A stretch of DNA of 64,000 nucleotides, taken from the IMG/VR virus record IMGVR_UViG_3300022661_000003. One strand, 5' to 3'. The position numbers and the translations under genes are program-made. Positions 12,457 through 25,400 of the stretch are shown one piece after another. Under the pieces are notes generated by a model. The model was not told the DNA's origin and searched no databases. It worked only from the letters and a program-made list of their open reading frames with translations. Source of the stretch: a virus. Position 1 is the stretch's first letter. Each line of letters opens with the position of its first letter.

Positions 12457-15400
12457 ATGGGATTTTATGGTAATATATAGAACTCTAATAAAACAGCCTT
12501 CACTTTTGATTTAATCTATCATTCTCGTTTGACTATGGTAAATCATGCAAATGATGATGGTGTATTTTTAGGTCGTTATGTTTTAGTTGATTATGATGAA
12601 ACTGCTGTGCTCGCTTATTACAACAGTACAGATAAATGGTTTTACAATGATAAAAGTTTATTGCTGCCCCATAAAATTTTAAACCCAAAATTTAATATTA
12701 TTTATGAAGTAGCTAACGAAGATTATCCTGTAGACCAACCACGGTTTTTCTATTATCGTCCAAAAGGATTTTATGAAGAAAATTCTCCTGCTCAATTTGA
12801 GCCTATTTCTATAAAAATTACCGACGGCACAGGTGATGCAATAGATGCAGTATCTATCTCTCCATATGCTGTTAGTCATACATTAGATGTACGTGAATTC
12901 GGTCGTGGTTATGATTCTACTGTATGGTAGAAAGTATTTGATAATGGAAAATATAAATATGTTTTAGTAGCAGAATTAAATGCTAAAGTACCTAACTTTA
13001 GATTAATTGCCGATCATCCTACTGAAACTCCTGTGGCACCATATTTTGATCGAGATTCAACGACCATGGATTATTATTTGCATCTATCTTCTTCTTATGG
13101 CAATCGAGTAAAAGCTGTTAAAGATAATAATTTAAAAGATCGTTCAGACGAGAAAATGACTCGTTATGATATTTCTTATGATTATACAGATGAATCTAAT
13201 CCAACCTGGTCTGAAAAATCTAATGAGTATGATGCAGATATTTATTATAATAAAGCTGGTTTTAATCCTAAACTTCGCACTTATGTTGAAGGAGATAAAA
13301 GTTTAAACACTATTAATTATGATAGAGTTAGTAGTGAAAAACGTTATGGATATCAAGATGGTCCTATTTATCAAGAAGGAAAAACTTATCCTGATACTTA
13401 TGAATGGTATTTTAGATTACCAGTTATTGGAAATGCTATTTGTTCTTTGTGGGATAGTATTTATGGATATAATCCTAAAGGCATCCGCTATCATAATCTT
13501 GCTCAAAAAGATAGTGATTCTCTTAATAATTTAGTAACATATGATACTGAAACATTATATGGTACTTTAAATAGAGTTAGAGATTTAATGGGTCATGAAT
13601 TTTTACCTGTTTCAGTAGCTCAATAGTTAGCAGAATCAGAAACTGTTGAAGGTAAAATAATATATTACTTAGCTGAGGGTAAAGGCAATACTACTTATAA
13701 TCCAAATAATCAATATCAAGTTACAGATATTGAAACAGTTGGTAGTTTGGCTATTGATACTAAGTTAAAAGTTGATACAGTCACCGATACTCAATTATAG
13801 TATATCGCAAAAGATGTATTATATTATGATGCAGAAGACAAGGGTCCAATTAAATCTTATTATTATTTTGCTTATAGTCCTATTTTTAAATCTATTAAAG
13901 ATGATAATATTGAACTAAAAGATGGAAAACTCCCAGATGGTGAATATTATTTTAAAATGGGTGAAGAATATATTTATGCTAATCCAGAATTATATAATTC
14001 TACAGATGCGAATGGTGTAATTGTATCGCCAAATTATGATCATTACTATAGACGCGTAGATCGTTGGGTGTTAACAGAATTAGAACAAGGGATCCCAGAA
14101 GATACAATCCATGGTTTAATTCTTAAATTGCATAAATTAATTGGTACTGGTGATGTAGACACGAGAGATAAAAATACTTTAATTGGTGCAATGCATCGTA
14201 TTGAAGATATTGTATCTAATATTAATTTACGTTTAGCTCCTGGCCGTATGCTTCATACCAACTCTGATACTGGTGTAATTGAAACCACAGATACTTATTT
14301 CCCAAGTGCAGATTGGGATAAAGATGAATTATTAGCTGGAGATGGTTCTTGGGTTAGTCGTTTTGCTTCTGTAAAAGTTCGAGAGAATTCTACAAATGCG
14401 AACAGAAAAATACCCAAGGTTGTTGAATTCCAGACGACGGGTGCCGCGACCGGTGACGCGCCGGCGGTTTTAAAGAATTTACAAGCTGAATTGGTGTCTG
14501 ATAATCAACGTACCAATGACGGCACTAATCTTGTCTATAACCAAAATCATGACCCCAATACTCTTATATTGGCCACTCGTGATAAATGGATTAAGCTTCA
14601 CCCAGATGCTAATGATGATAGTATTGAATTTGAACATACTCAGTCTCCTCTTGTAACAAGATTGAGTTATGAAGTATTAAATACTCCCGGTTCAATGAGT
14701 GTTATTACGGCTCCTGAGGCAGATGTAAATAGTTCTGTAAATACTGCTAATTTTAAAGCAGGAGTTTCTGGCACTGAATTATCATTAATTCCAGATAGTG
14801 ATACATCTATTATTTATGATGGAGACGATGCAGATAAAAATGATAATCGTTTAACCATTCCATATATTACTGTAGATAACGCTGGTCATATAATTGCGGC
14901 GAGCACTAAGAATTATAATATTCCTCATGGTTTTAAGAAGGTTAGAACTACAGAGATTCTTGATACTAATGAATCTGTTTCTCTTGATTAGGCTGGCATT
15001 TCAATTGCAGAATCTATCGTAGATACTTTAAATATTGCACCACGCAATCGATGGATTGATATTGCAACTGAAAATACTAATGATGCAGAGGGTGCAGCAG
15101 AAGATAAAATTACTTTTAGCCATAGATTAGTTCCAACTGATCCAGAAGATGATACCATAATTCCTACTTTAAATACTACTGTAACTTTAAATGGTGAACG
15201 TAGAACTAAAAGTTCTGATATTCCTACAGTTTATCGTTATGGTTTACCGTAGGATAAAACTGTAACAGATCTTGATGGGGAGTTTAATGGTGGTAGTGGT
15301 GCAGCGAATGAAGTAGCGAATACTTTTAATGTTCCATATATTGAAGTCGATAGAGCAGGACACGTTGTAGCAGCTGAAACTCATATTGTAACTTTACCAG

Positions 15401-17028
15401 AAAATTTTGAAACTATTACAGTAATAAAACAGAATGAAAGTACATCAACAGAAGCAGATGTTTTAGAAAATGATGCTATTATTACTGCAGATTCTTTAGC
15501 AGATAATTTAACACTAAAAACTGTCAACAGATGGATTGGTATTGGTTTAACTGATCAGAATAATGACGATATTCTTACTTTCGGTCATAGGTTATCAGAT
15601 ATTAAAAATGATACACCTCGTGTATTAAATGGCGCTCGTAAAGCACATAGTAAATATACTAATGTACAGCGTTATGGTTTGCCTTAGAGCAAATCTGTTA
15701 CATTATTAGATCAAGACAATGGACAAGAGCTTGCAAATACATTTAATGTTCCATATTTTGAAATCGATGAAGCTGGACATATGGTATATGCAGAAACAAA
15801 TACTGTAACATTACCAGAAAATTTTGAAACTATTACAATAGCAAAAGCATCAGATAATTTAAGTGAAGAATATGCCACTGAAGATACAAACACAAAAGCT
15901 GGCGCCACGATGGATGAATATGCTACTGCGAATATTATTAAAGCAGATAGTTTAAGTGACAATCTTACTTTTAATACTGGGAATAAATGGATTCGTTTAG
16001 CAGGAACAGATGAAAACGCAACGGATGATATTATAACAATTAGTCATGAAATACATAATATCCGCTCTTCTACTAGCGAAGAAGATATGGATACAGAAGC
16101 TAATAAAAAAGATCAATTTACTACTTAGGTTGTAGAATGGGACAATGCTGGACATATTATTTCACATGACACCAAGACTTGGACTCTACCGAATAGTATT
16201 CGTAATATTACAGTTGGTATAAATTCTGATAACTCCTCTAACGCTGAAGTTAACGATTCTACAGTAACTGTTCAAGCAGACACAACTTTTGATACAGTTA
16301 ATTTTAATGCTTCTAATAAATGGATTAGACTTACCGCAAATGATACTAATAATACTATTACAGTAGGTCATCTTGCTCAAAGTACAGCTGGTTCTTATCC
16401 GAAGAAAGACACGGAAATAGAATTTTCTGAATTTGGCAGTAAAGTAACTTTATAGGGATATGCCATTGATGAGGCCGGTCATATTATTGACTATCCTACT
16501 TATACATTAGCAATACCCAAAGGTTCTTATAGTGAAAATGGAGGCACTGAAGGGGCGAATGTGCTTACTTCTCTCGCTTTTGTTGATACAACTGGAACTT
16601 TAACTGGCACTAAAGTAAATATTGGCACTTTAAAATTAGCAGAATATGAATTAGGTACTGATGTTAGTGCTATTGCAGCAACAGATTAGTTAAATAAAGC
16701 ATTAAGTAAATTACAAGCCTAGATTAATGCTCATAAAACAAATACTGATAATCCTCATAATGTTACTGCAGAACAAGTTGGTTTAGGAAATGTTACTAAT
16801 GAAAGTAAAGCTACTATGTTTGCAAGTGCTGCTTTAACAGGAGAACCTACGGCTCCAACAGCTGCAGCAGGTACAGATACAATGTAGATTGCTACTACAG
16901 CTTTTGTAACAACCGCAGTAACAACATTAAGTAGTAATGTTTATACACAACAACAAGTCGATGAAAAAATCGCAAGTGCTCTTAGAGAATTTGCTGAAAC
17001 TTATGGACTTACCGTTCCTACAACTTAA
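12457..17028 (+). CDS. Tail fibre / receptor-binding protein (~1520 aa) with tandem repeated DxAGH-containing modules; TAG recoded
   Basis: Track ORFs 12529, 13033, 13957, 15781 lie in frame 1, and frame 1 continues through TAGs to TAA at 17026. Repeated modules include NVPYIEVDRAGHVVAAETHIVTLPENFETITV, NVPYFEIDEAGHMVYAETNTVTLPENFETITI, YITVDNAGHIIAAS and VEWDNAGHIISHD. A stem-loop terminator follows. Confidence 0.6.
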
Positions 17029-17037
17029 TACATAAAC

Positions 17038-17070
17038 AAAAGGGCAGATTTATTCTGCCCTTTATTTTTT
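17038..17070 (+). terminator. Rho-independent terminator
   Basis: GGGCAGATTTATTCTGCCC hairpin followed by a T-run. Confidence 0.7.
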
Positions 17071-17374
17071 GAGTAAAGGAGAAATAACAATGGTTAATAG
17101 TCATGGTTATTATTCTGGCCATGTTGGTCAGCTTGACGCAGAATTTGCTGCTAATCAAGATCTTATTACACTAATTCGTGAAAAGCATAAGCTTTATGAC
17201 TTTAAAGGTTTGGTAAAGCTTGGCATTCAAGCTCCTATCGGCACAAAGTTTGTTATCAATGGACAGACTTTGCGTATTGGCGCAACCGGTATTTACGAAT
17301 TAGACCGCACTGTTAGCGTTAAAGAACTTTATTTCGTTGAAGATACTGAAGCTTTAGTGGACTATGTTTATTAA
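17069..17374 (+). CDS. Small conserved protein (101 aa), paralogue of 12116..12454
   Basis: Intact track ORF with an AAGGAG RBS. Shares the LRIGATGIYELDRT motif with the 12116 gene. Confidence 0.6.
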   Translation: MSKGEITMVNSHGYYSGHVGQLDAEFAANQDLITLIREKHKLYDFKGLVKLGIQAPIGTKFVINGQTLRIGATGIYELDRTVSVKELYFVEDTEALVDYVY

Positions 17375-17430
17375 TCTACTCGAACTTCTTTTGAAATTAT
17401 AAGACGACCACAGGAAGGAGTTTGTTGAGT

Positions 17431-17760
17431 ATGGCAAGCTTTTATGGAGGCGTTGGCATATCAGGTGGCTCCGGTGGAGGTTCCTCAGGAGTTGGAATCG
17501 CAACCATTGAATTTGATGAAAATCGCAACTTAATTATCTATCTTTCTGATGGAACCAAGAAAAATCTTGGTATTATTGATGGTGCGACTTATACACCAAA
17601 AGTGGTTGACGGAGTAATTTCCTGGACCAACGATTAGGATTTAGAGAATCCTGATTCATATGATATCACCGCAGGACTCGATGGAGGAGAATACTGGGAA
17701 GGTGTTACTTCTGAATCAGAACAACCCGCGGATGATAATCAATATTGGGAATCAATATAA
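17431..17760 (+). CDS. Small Gly-rich protein (~109 aa), one in-frame TAG
   Basis: GGAAGGAG RBS then ATG. Track ORF 17422..17637 continues through TAG to TAA at ~17758. Confidence 0.5.
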
Positions 17761-17783
17761 TTATTTGAAGGGGTGAAAAATAA

Positions 17784-19016
17784 ATGGCTAAAATTCCTGT
17801 AGTATTTAAGTACGGTACTAGAGCTCAATATGACGCTTTAGCTACTAAGGATGAACATGCTCTTTATTTCTTAACTGACACTGGCGAAATTTATCGTGGT
17901 GCTGTTAATCTTGCCCGCGGCAGTCACTTTGAAGGTGAACTTACTGTTGATGACGCAGATGATATGGCCGTTATCGCACGTGTATTGAACGGTCAACCCG
18001 CAGTCCAAGATGATATTTTTGTCGTAAAATCTCTTATCGCAGATGGTAAGTATTCATATACTTCCTATATCTATGATGAGAATGGAAATTGGAAGGCCAT
18101 GGACGGCAATTATAGTGCCAAAAATGTTTATTTCCACAATGACTTAACTGCTACTGCTCCTATTGGTGTTGTAACCATTCCGGAGACTGGTAGTGCTACT
18201 ATTAAAGCTGAAGGCAAGAGCCTTCATGATGTTCTTGTAAGCATTCTCGCTGAAGAGCTTCAGCCCGAAGCTACTGCTCCAACAGTATCTGTTACTTCTT
18301 CCACTAGAGGTTCTTATGAAGTTGGTAGTGTTATTACTCCAAAATGGAGCGCAACTTTAAATCCAGGTTCTTATACTTATGGACCTGAAACTGGTATTGT
18401 AGCTACCTCTTGGACTATTACTGATAACGCAAGTACTCCTCATGCTTCTAGCGAAGCATCTGGATCTTTTGCTGATGTAACAGCTGAAGATGGTAAGAGT
18501 TATGTTATTAGCGCAACTGCTACATATGATGCTGGTGCAGAGCCTGTGACCAATATGGGTAATCCAGCGGAAGAGGGAATTCAAATTCCTGAGGGTGCAG
18601 CAACAGGTAAAGTAACTGTTGTTAGTTCTTACCGCAATTCTTTCTATGGTGTATATACATCTAAGGAAGTAGATGGTGTACAAACTGGTTCCACTTCTGA
18701 TTCTATCCGTACACTTAAAGCAAGTAATAAAGCATTGGCTAATGGCGGTAGCTTTGATATCGCAATTCCTGCTGATGCACAGCGTGTTGTGATTGCTTAT
18801 CCAGCAACCTTGAAAGACTTAGATCAAGTATTAGATGTTAATGACTCTAATGCTAATATCGTTAGTGCTTTCACCAAAGAAGATGGTACAGCAAAAGCTA
18901 CAATTCAAGTTGCTGGCGCTAATGGATATAATCCTATTGATTATAAAGTATTTAGCACAGACTTTGCTGGCGCTTATGGCGCAACAAATACTTTCAAAGT
19001 AAAAATTAAGGCGTAA
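17784..19016 (+). CDS. Tail fibre-like protein (410 aa), TAG-free
   Basis: Intact track ORF. The N-terminus KYGTRAQYDALATKDEHALYFLTDTGEIYRG is the phage tail-fibre N-terminal motif recurring in several genes of this window. Confidence 0.65.
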   Translation: MAKIPVVFKYGTRAQYDALATKDEHALYFLTDTGEIYRGAVNLARGSHFEGELTVDDADDMAVIARVLNGQPAVQDDIFVVKSLIADGKYSYTSYIYDENGNWKAMDGNYSAKNVYFHNDLTATAPIGVVTIPETGSATIKAEGKSLHDVLVSILAEELQPEATAPTVSVTSSTRGSYEVGSVITPKWSATLNPGSYTYGPETGIVATSWTITDNASTPHASSEASGSFADVTAEDGKSYVISATATYDAGAEPVTNMGNPAEEGIQIPEGAATGKVTVVSSYRNSFYGVYTSKEVDGVQTGSTSDSIRTLKASNKALANGGSFDIAIPADAQRVVIAYPATLKDLDQVLDVNDSNANIVSAFTKEDGTAKATIQVAGANGYNPIDYKVFSTDFAGAYGATNTFKVKIKA

Positions 19017-19030
19017 GGAGGAAGAGAGTT

Positions 19031-20626
19031 ATGGCTTTAAACTTTGGTAAAGGTAATAGAAGTATAGCTTTCGCCCCGACTGCGGCATTCCCGCTTAACG
19101 CGAATAGCTATTTTGAAAGTTATGACCTCGCTCTTGCTGCTGCGTTAACCGCAAAGCCAGCAGGCGACACTACTACTAAATATTATTTCGGCCAAGAAAT
19201 TGCTGTTGCCGAAATGGTAGATAACGTACCTTAGAGTGCGAAATTATATATCATCGCTCCTGAAGCTCAAGAAGATGGTTCTGTTGTAGGAACTCTTCAA
19301 GAGGTTGGCTCTGCCACTGACGGCGATGGTAAATCTATTGAACTTGTCGAAGGCGTTCTTTCTGTAAAGGATTTCGGCAAGCGTTTTTATAAATACATCG
19401 CAGCTACAGAAACTGAAGAAGCTAAATATGAACTTGTTGAAGTTTCTGAAAGCAACCCTTGGAAATCCGGTTTACAACCTCGCATTGATGCCGAAGGTAA
19501 TATCGCTTGGTACGAACCCAATCCTACTACTATTGAAGGAGTACAAGATTAGGTAACTGGTATTCAAGGCGATGTCGAATAGGCTCAACAAGATATTGAC
19601 GCAGTTGAAGAAAACCTCGTAAAAGCTGAAGAGAAAATTGATTCTATCAATGATACTCTTTATGGCACCGACGGTGAAGAAGCTGTCGAAGGTCTTGTTG
19701 ATAAAGTAGCAACTCTTGAAAGTGAAATGGATGCTGTTCAAGGAGCTATTGAAAATACCTATACAAAAGAAGAAGTTGATGGTCTTGTAAGTGGAGTATT
19801 CCATTTTAAGGGCGAAGCCGAAAGTGTTGATGCACTTCCTGCTGCTTCTGCTGAAAATGTAGGTCATGTATATCAAGTTGGTGATCTTGAATATGCTAGC
19901 AATGGTGAAGAGTGGGTTGAACTTGGTTTCGTTGTTGATTTAAGTTCTTATGCGACTAAGACTTATGTTGATGATGAAGTTAAAGAAGTTCAAGATGCTC
20001 TTGATATTGCTGAAGGTATTATTGAAGGACATACTTCTGATATCGAAGAAATTAATGGTGCTATCGAGCGTATCGATGGCGAAATTGATGTTCTTGAAGA
20101 AGCTGATAGAGGATTTACTTCTCAATTTGAAACCGTAAATGGCAAGATTGAAGCCCTTGAAACTGCGGATGAAACATTTACTTCTCAATTTGAAACTGTA
20201 AATGGTAAAATTGAGGCTCTTGAAGCTGCAGATATTGCTTTTGATACTAAAGTTGGTTCTCTTGAAACTACACTTGGTAATATAAATTCTAGAGTTGGCG
20301 CTCCTTCTGAAGGTTCTACAATTACTGTATTGTTCCCAGCTGTTGAATCTTTACAGAATAGAATTAATGATTTAGAAATTAATTCTGGCGCTGGCGAATT
20401 AAATATTATTAATGGTATTACCATTAATGGAACTGCTCTTACTCCAGACGGTTCAAAAAATGTTGCTCTTCCAATTTTTGATGGCTCCAATATTGGTCTT
20501 GTACCTGTTGTTGGTGATGATATTGTTACTGCCACTTCTTTCTTGTCCGCAGAAGGCGCATGGATTGATGTCGCTTCTATGATTGATAATAAGATCGATG
20601 AGGCATTAACTTGGGAAGAAATTTAA
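19031..20626 (+). CDS. Coiled-coil tail fibre protein (~531 aa) with an internal 63-nt tandem duplication
   Basis: Track ORF 19727..20626 is in frame 2 with ATG 19031 (GGAGGAAGAGAGTT RBS) and is joined by three TAGs. Heptad-like Glu/Ala repeats. C-terminus ...ALTWEEI. Confidence 0.6.
20098..20223 (+). repeat. Imperfect 63-nt tandem repeat (2 copies) inside the fibre gene
   Basis: Encodes DRGFTSQFETVNGKIEALETA / DETFTSQFETVNGKIEALEAA. Confidence 0.7.
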
Positions 20627-20656
20627 AAATAAAAAAGAAAAAGGGGATATTTAACT

Positions 20657-22330
20657 ATGGCTTTAACTGATAGCATTCGTTTTAGATAGGGTAGTTTAGC
20701 CTCCCTCGTTAATCAGTCTGTTGTTAATGGTTCTTTATGGTTCACCACTGACGAAGGTGCAATTTATTTAGACGTTAATGGTAGCCGTGTTCGCTTCGGT
20801 GATTTTGTAACTGTTGCTAACGTTGCTTCTCTTCCTACTGCAGGTCATGCTTATGAATCTGCTCTTTACTATGCAAAAGCTGAAAATGTTCTTGCTCGTT
20901 GGGATAAAGCCTCTAGCAAGTGGGTTCAGCTTAATGCTGCTGGCTTAACCAAGGTTAATGTTACTGGTGGTGGCAATGTTCTTGCTGGTGCCACTACAAC
21001 TGTTGACCCTGAAACTGGTGCAAAGGTTCTTACCTTTACCACTCAGAATGTTGCAACTTCTGAAGAACTCGGCACTATGCAGACTCGCGTTTCCACTCTT
21101 GAAACCAAGATGGAAGGCGTTCAGGCTGACATTACAACTTTAAAGGGCACAGGCGAAGGTTCTGTTGCTAAGGCTGTTGCTGATGCTAAGGCAGACCTTC
21201 AGGCAAAAATTGATGCAGTTGATGCTCTTGCTGATCAAGGTATCGCAGATGCTGCTGCTGCAAAAACTTATGCAGAAGGCGTTCAGAGCAACTTAAATGC
21301 TACTAATCTTCGCATGGATACTGCTGAAGCTGATATTGATGCTTTACAGACAGCTATTGGCGAAGGTGGCAGTGTTGACGAGAGGATTGAAGATCTAAAA
21401 GAAGAAATCCTTGGTGATGCTAATAGTGCAGCAGGCTCTGCGACTGTTTCTGGTGCTAATAAAGCCGCCGCAGCCGCACAAGCCGCCGCAGATGCTGCAC
21501 AACAAGCTGCTGATGATGCTCAGGCAGATGCCGATGCTAACGCAGGTGAAATCAGCGGTCTTAAGACTCGTATGGACGGAGCAGAAGCTGATATCGACGA
21601 TCTTCAGGCTGCTGTTAATACCTTAAATGGTGATGACAAGACTGAAGGTTCTGTAGATTATAAAGTAGCTCAGGAAGTTGCTAAAATCTTAAATGATAAC
21701 GACGCTTCTGATATTGACACTCTTGAAGAAATTGCTGCTTGGATTAAGAATGATACCGCAGGTGTTGGTTCTCTTGTAAGCCGTCTTGATGCCGTTGAAT
21801 CTAAGAACAATTCTCAAGATACTTTAATTGAAGGCTTAGATGCTGAAATCGATGCTAACAAACAGGCTGCCGAAAAGGCCGTTTCTGATCTTGAAGAAGC
21901 ACTTATTGGTGATGCTGAGACCTATACCGATCTTGGCAAGGCTGAAGATGCTATTATCGCAGCTAAGGCTCAGGCTGATAAAGGCGTTGCTGACGCAGCT
22001 GCTGCTTCTGCAGCCGCCGCCCAGGTTCAGACTAATTTAAATGCAACTAATGGTCGTGTAGAAGGCGCAGAAGCTGATATCGATGACCTTCAGGCCCGCA
22101 TGACTCAGGCAGAAGCTGATATTGACGCTCTTGAAGCTGCTGATACTACTATCCGTGGCGAATTCGCAGCTGCTGATACTGCACTTAAGAATGAACTTAA
22201 AGGCGATGCCACCACTTATACCGATCTTGGCAAAGCAGAAGACGCTATCCAGGCTAACACTGGTTCTATCAATACTATCAATACCAACATTGAAGCTATC
22301 AATGCTGTTTTGACTTGGGATACTTTTTAA
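20657..22330 (+). CDS. Ala-rich coiled-coil tail fibre protein (~557 aa), one TAG near the N-terminus
   Basis: GGGGATATTTAACT then ATG 20657, in frame with track ORF 21077..22330. N-terminal SLWFTTDEGAIYLDVNG fibre motif. Repeated ADIDALQ / GDATTYTDLGKAEDAI units. C-terminus LTWDTF resembles the preceding fibre. Confidence 0.6.
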
Positions 22331-22339
22331 TTAATAAGA

Positions 22340-22378
22340 AAGGCGGATATTAACTAATAATATCCGCCTTTATTTTTA
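22340..22378 (+). terminator. Rho-independent terminator
   Basis: AAGGCGGATATTAACTAATAATATCCGCCTT hairpin plus a T-run. Confidence 0.7.
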
Positions 22379-22407
22379 TATAAATAAGAAAAAAAGGAGG
22401 ACTCTAA

Positions 22408-25400
22408 ATGGGCATTATGGATTCTCCAGTAAGATTTTTCAAAGGCTCTAAATCTGCCATTGACAATTTTTAGGGAATTGAAGATGGAAGATTGTTTTTT
22501 GCGACAGATACAAAATAGATAATGCTTGACTGTAATTTTACAGACAGCGAAGCAAATAACTATAATAAGAGAATTACTTTTGGTGGGTCTACTGGTATTC
22601 ACTATGCAAATCGCACTTTCACAGAAGATGAAATTGCAGCTGATTTGTATGTCTTTTCCATTTTAGATGGTCATATCGATCAAGAAGGAGAAGAACTTCC
22701 TGAGATTGATGATCTAATTTTGAACGTAAAAGATGGCTCATTTTATCGTGTCACAAGACGAGATGAAACAGAGCTTACTGTAGAAGCTACTAAATTGACA
22801 ATTTCCGGTTCTGGTGGCGGCGGTGGAACCGATGGTGGCGGTGGATATATTTCACGTACGCTATTATCTGATCGTACCTTATATGCCACTAAAACTTCTG
22901 CGAATATTCAAATGAAATATACTTGTTATTCTACTGCAGATGGCGCAAGTATTCGTGCTACAGTGTATGTTGGTACGGGCAGTGGCAGAAAACAAGTTGA
23001 TTATTTCCCAGAAGTTAGCCAAGAAGAACCCAATATCGTTAACATTGCGGAATATATGTCTACTTTAAAATTGAATGCCGCCAACACAATTACCATTCAA
23101 TTAGAAGATGATTATGAAAATTCCATTTCAGTATCTTGTACTGTATATGTTTATGATATGTATGTTACTCTTGTTGGTAGTAGCATGATTTTACCCCAAG
23201 AGAACGATTTTACTTTCCAGGTTCGTCCATATGGAGGCCAAGAATTATCTAATCGCGCATTAGTATATGAATTGCGTCAAGCAGGTAGTGATTCTGTTAT
23301 TGCGAAAGAAATTGAATATACCACTGCTGACAATGGCTCTTCTGCGAATAAAACTATTAAAAAGCAAGAGCATGGCGAATATACTTTAACTGTATATTTA
23401 CAAGGTTAGATTCCTAAATCTGAAGAGTATTTAACTTCTCCTCCTATTCAAATCGAAATTCCATTTTATAATGCGAATGCTTCTTCTCCTCTAATTACTG
23501 CCACTTCAGGTATTACTTCTGCCACACAGTACGATAAAATTAAAATCGATTACATGATTACATATGGAGCAACAAGTACTTCATACGTTAAATTGTTAGC
23601 AGAATATGATGAAGGCTTTGGCTCTCGCGTAGTCGGAGAAGAAATGATTGTTGAAATCAATAATAAGGAATTCTATAATTGGAATGTAACTTTTGATAAA
23701 GCTGCAACTTATTATTTATCAATTATTTATTTGGATTCAAACCAAAATGAAACCGATTATGCCAAAATCTTTACTCCAATTATTGTTGAATCTTTTGATG
23801 AAGAAGTTCCAGTAATCAATACTGCTGATCCATCATTAATGTTATACTTCACCTCTAAAGGTAAGTCTAATAATAGCCAAGATAAAGATACTTGGGTTTC
23901 TAAGTATTATGGTGGAGAAGTAAAAGCACAATTTTCTAACTTTAACTGGAACACTAATGGTTGGATTGAAGGCCCAGACGGTTTAGGTTTACATCTTACC
24001 AATGGCGCAAAAGTAGTTATTCCTTATTCTCCATTTAAACCTGATAGTAACGGTTTGGGTGCAGAAAATTTAGGTCGTACTATTGAATTAGATTTCAAGA
24101 TTTCTAATGTGCGCGATGAAATGGCTCCTGGTATTCAATGCCGTTCTTACTATACAGCTGAATTAGATGATGGCACCAAAGAAGAAATTACCCAAGTAGG
24201 TTTTTAGATTTATGGTAATAAGAGTCAGATGAACTCTGCTTAGGTAAAATCTAAAATTACTGATATGAGTGGATGGACTACGATGTTCAAAGCAGGAACA
24301 CGTATTCATTTAACCTATGTTATTAATAGTGTAAATGATACTCCTCCTCGTATTTTTTATACTTTCTTAAATGGTGTTACTTCTTCTCTATCTGCTTATA
24401 CAGAAACAGACCAATTTATTGACTTATCTGAAGATAAAGATAAAAATATTTTCGATTCTGAATTTATTTTTGATTCTTCATATATGGATATTGATATTTA
24501 TTCAATTAGAGTTTATCAATCTTCATTGAGACCAAATGATGTTCTTCGTAACTGCATCGCAGATAAATCTTCTGCTACTGACGCAGCAGCAGAATGGAAA
24601 TAGAATGATGTTTTAACTACCTTCGAAGATAGAACAACTGGTATTGACCTTGAAGAAGTTATAAAGCTTGGCAATATTCCTTATATGGTATTTTATGATG
24701 GTCGTGATACCGGTAGTAAGAAAGATGAAGGCTGGGAAGACCCTGATTTTGAAGACGGCGAATTCCCGACTTCTGATGAATCTAGATTGCCAACTGGTAA
24801 AAAGGACTTCCGTCACATGGAAATGTATTATGTTGACCCAATTCGTGGTGAAAAATATAATATTGGTACTCCTGATAGTCCAGTAATTGTTACTTGCTAC
24901 GCTCAAGGTACTTCCTCTCTGGAATATCCTGTCAAGAACTTGCGTATTTATTTCCGCAAGAAGGATGACGGCAATCACCCGAATCAAATTGCTAAATATT
25001 CTTTAGAAGATAAACTTCCCGCTGTTAACTTGTTTACTTTAAAAGCAGACTACATGGAATCTGCTAGTGCTCATAATACTGGTACTGCTAATATTTTGGA
25101 TGAACTTTATAATTCAATTGGATTAAAGAGTCCTGCTGCGGCAGCTTATCCAGATAATAGAATTGTAACTGCGATTTTGGGACATCCTATTGTTTGTTTC
25201 TATAAGCCATATAAAGCAAGTGCAGAATTCCCGGATCGTTATCAATATATAGGTCGTTATAATTTTAATTTAGATAAAGCTACTCATGAATTATTCGGTT
25301 TTGAATCCGAAATGGAGGCATATGGTTCCCAGAAGAAACCTTGGGGCTATTTACAGAATGCGGATGGCTCTTTAAGAGACGGTTTTAATACAGCTCTTGA

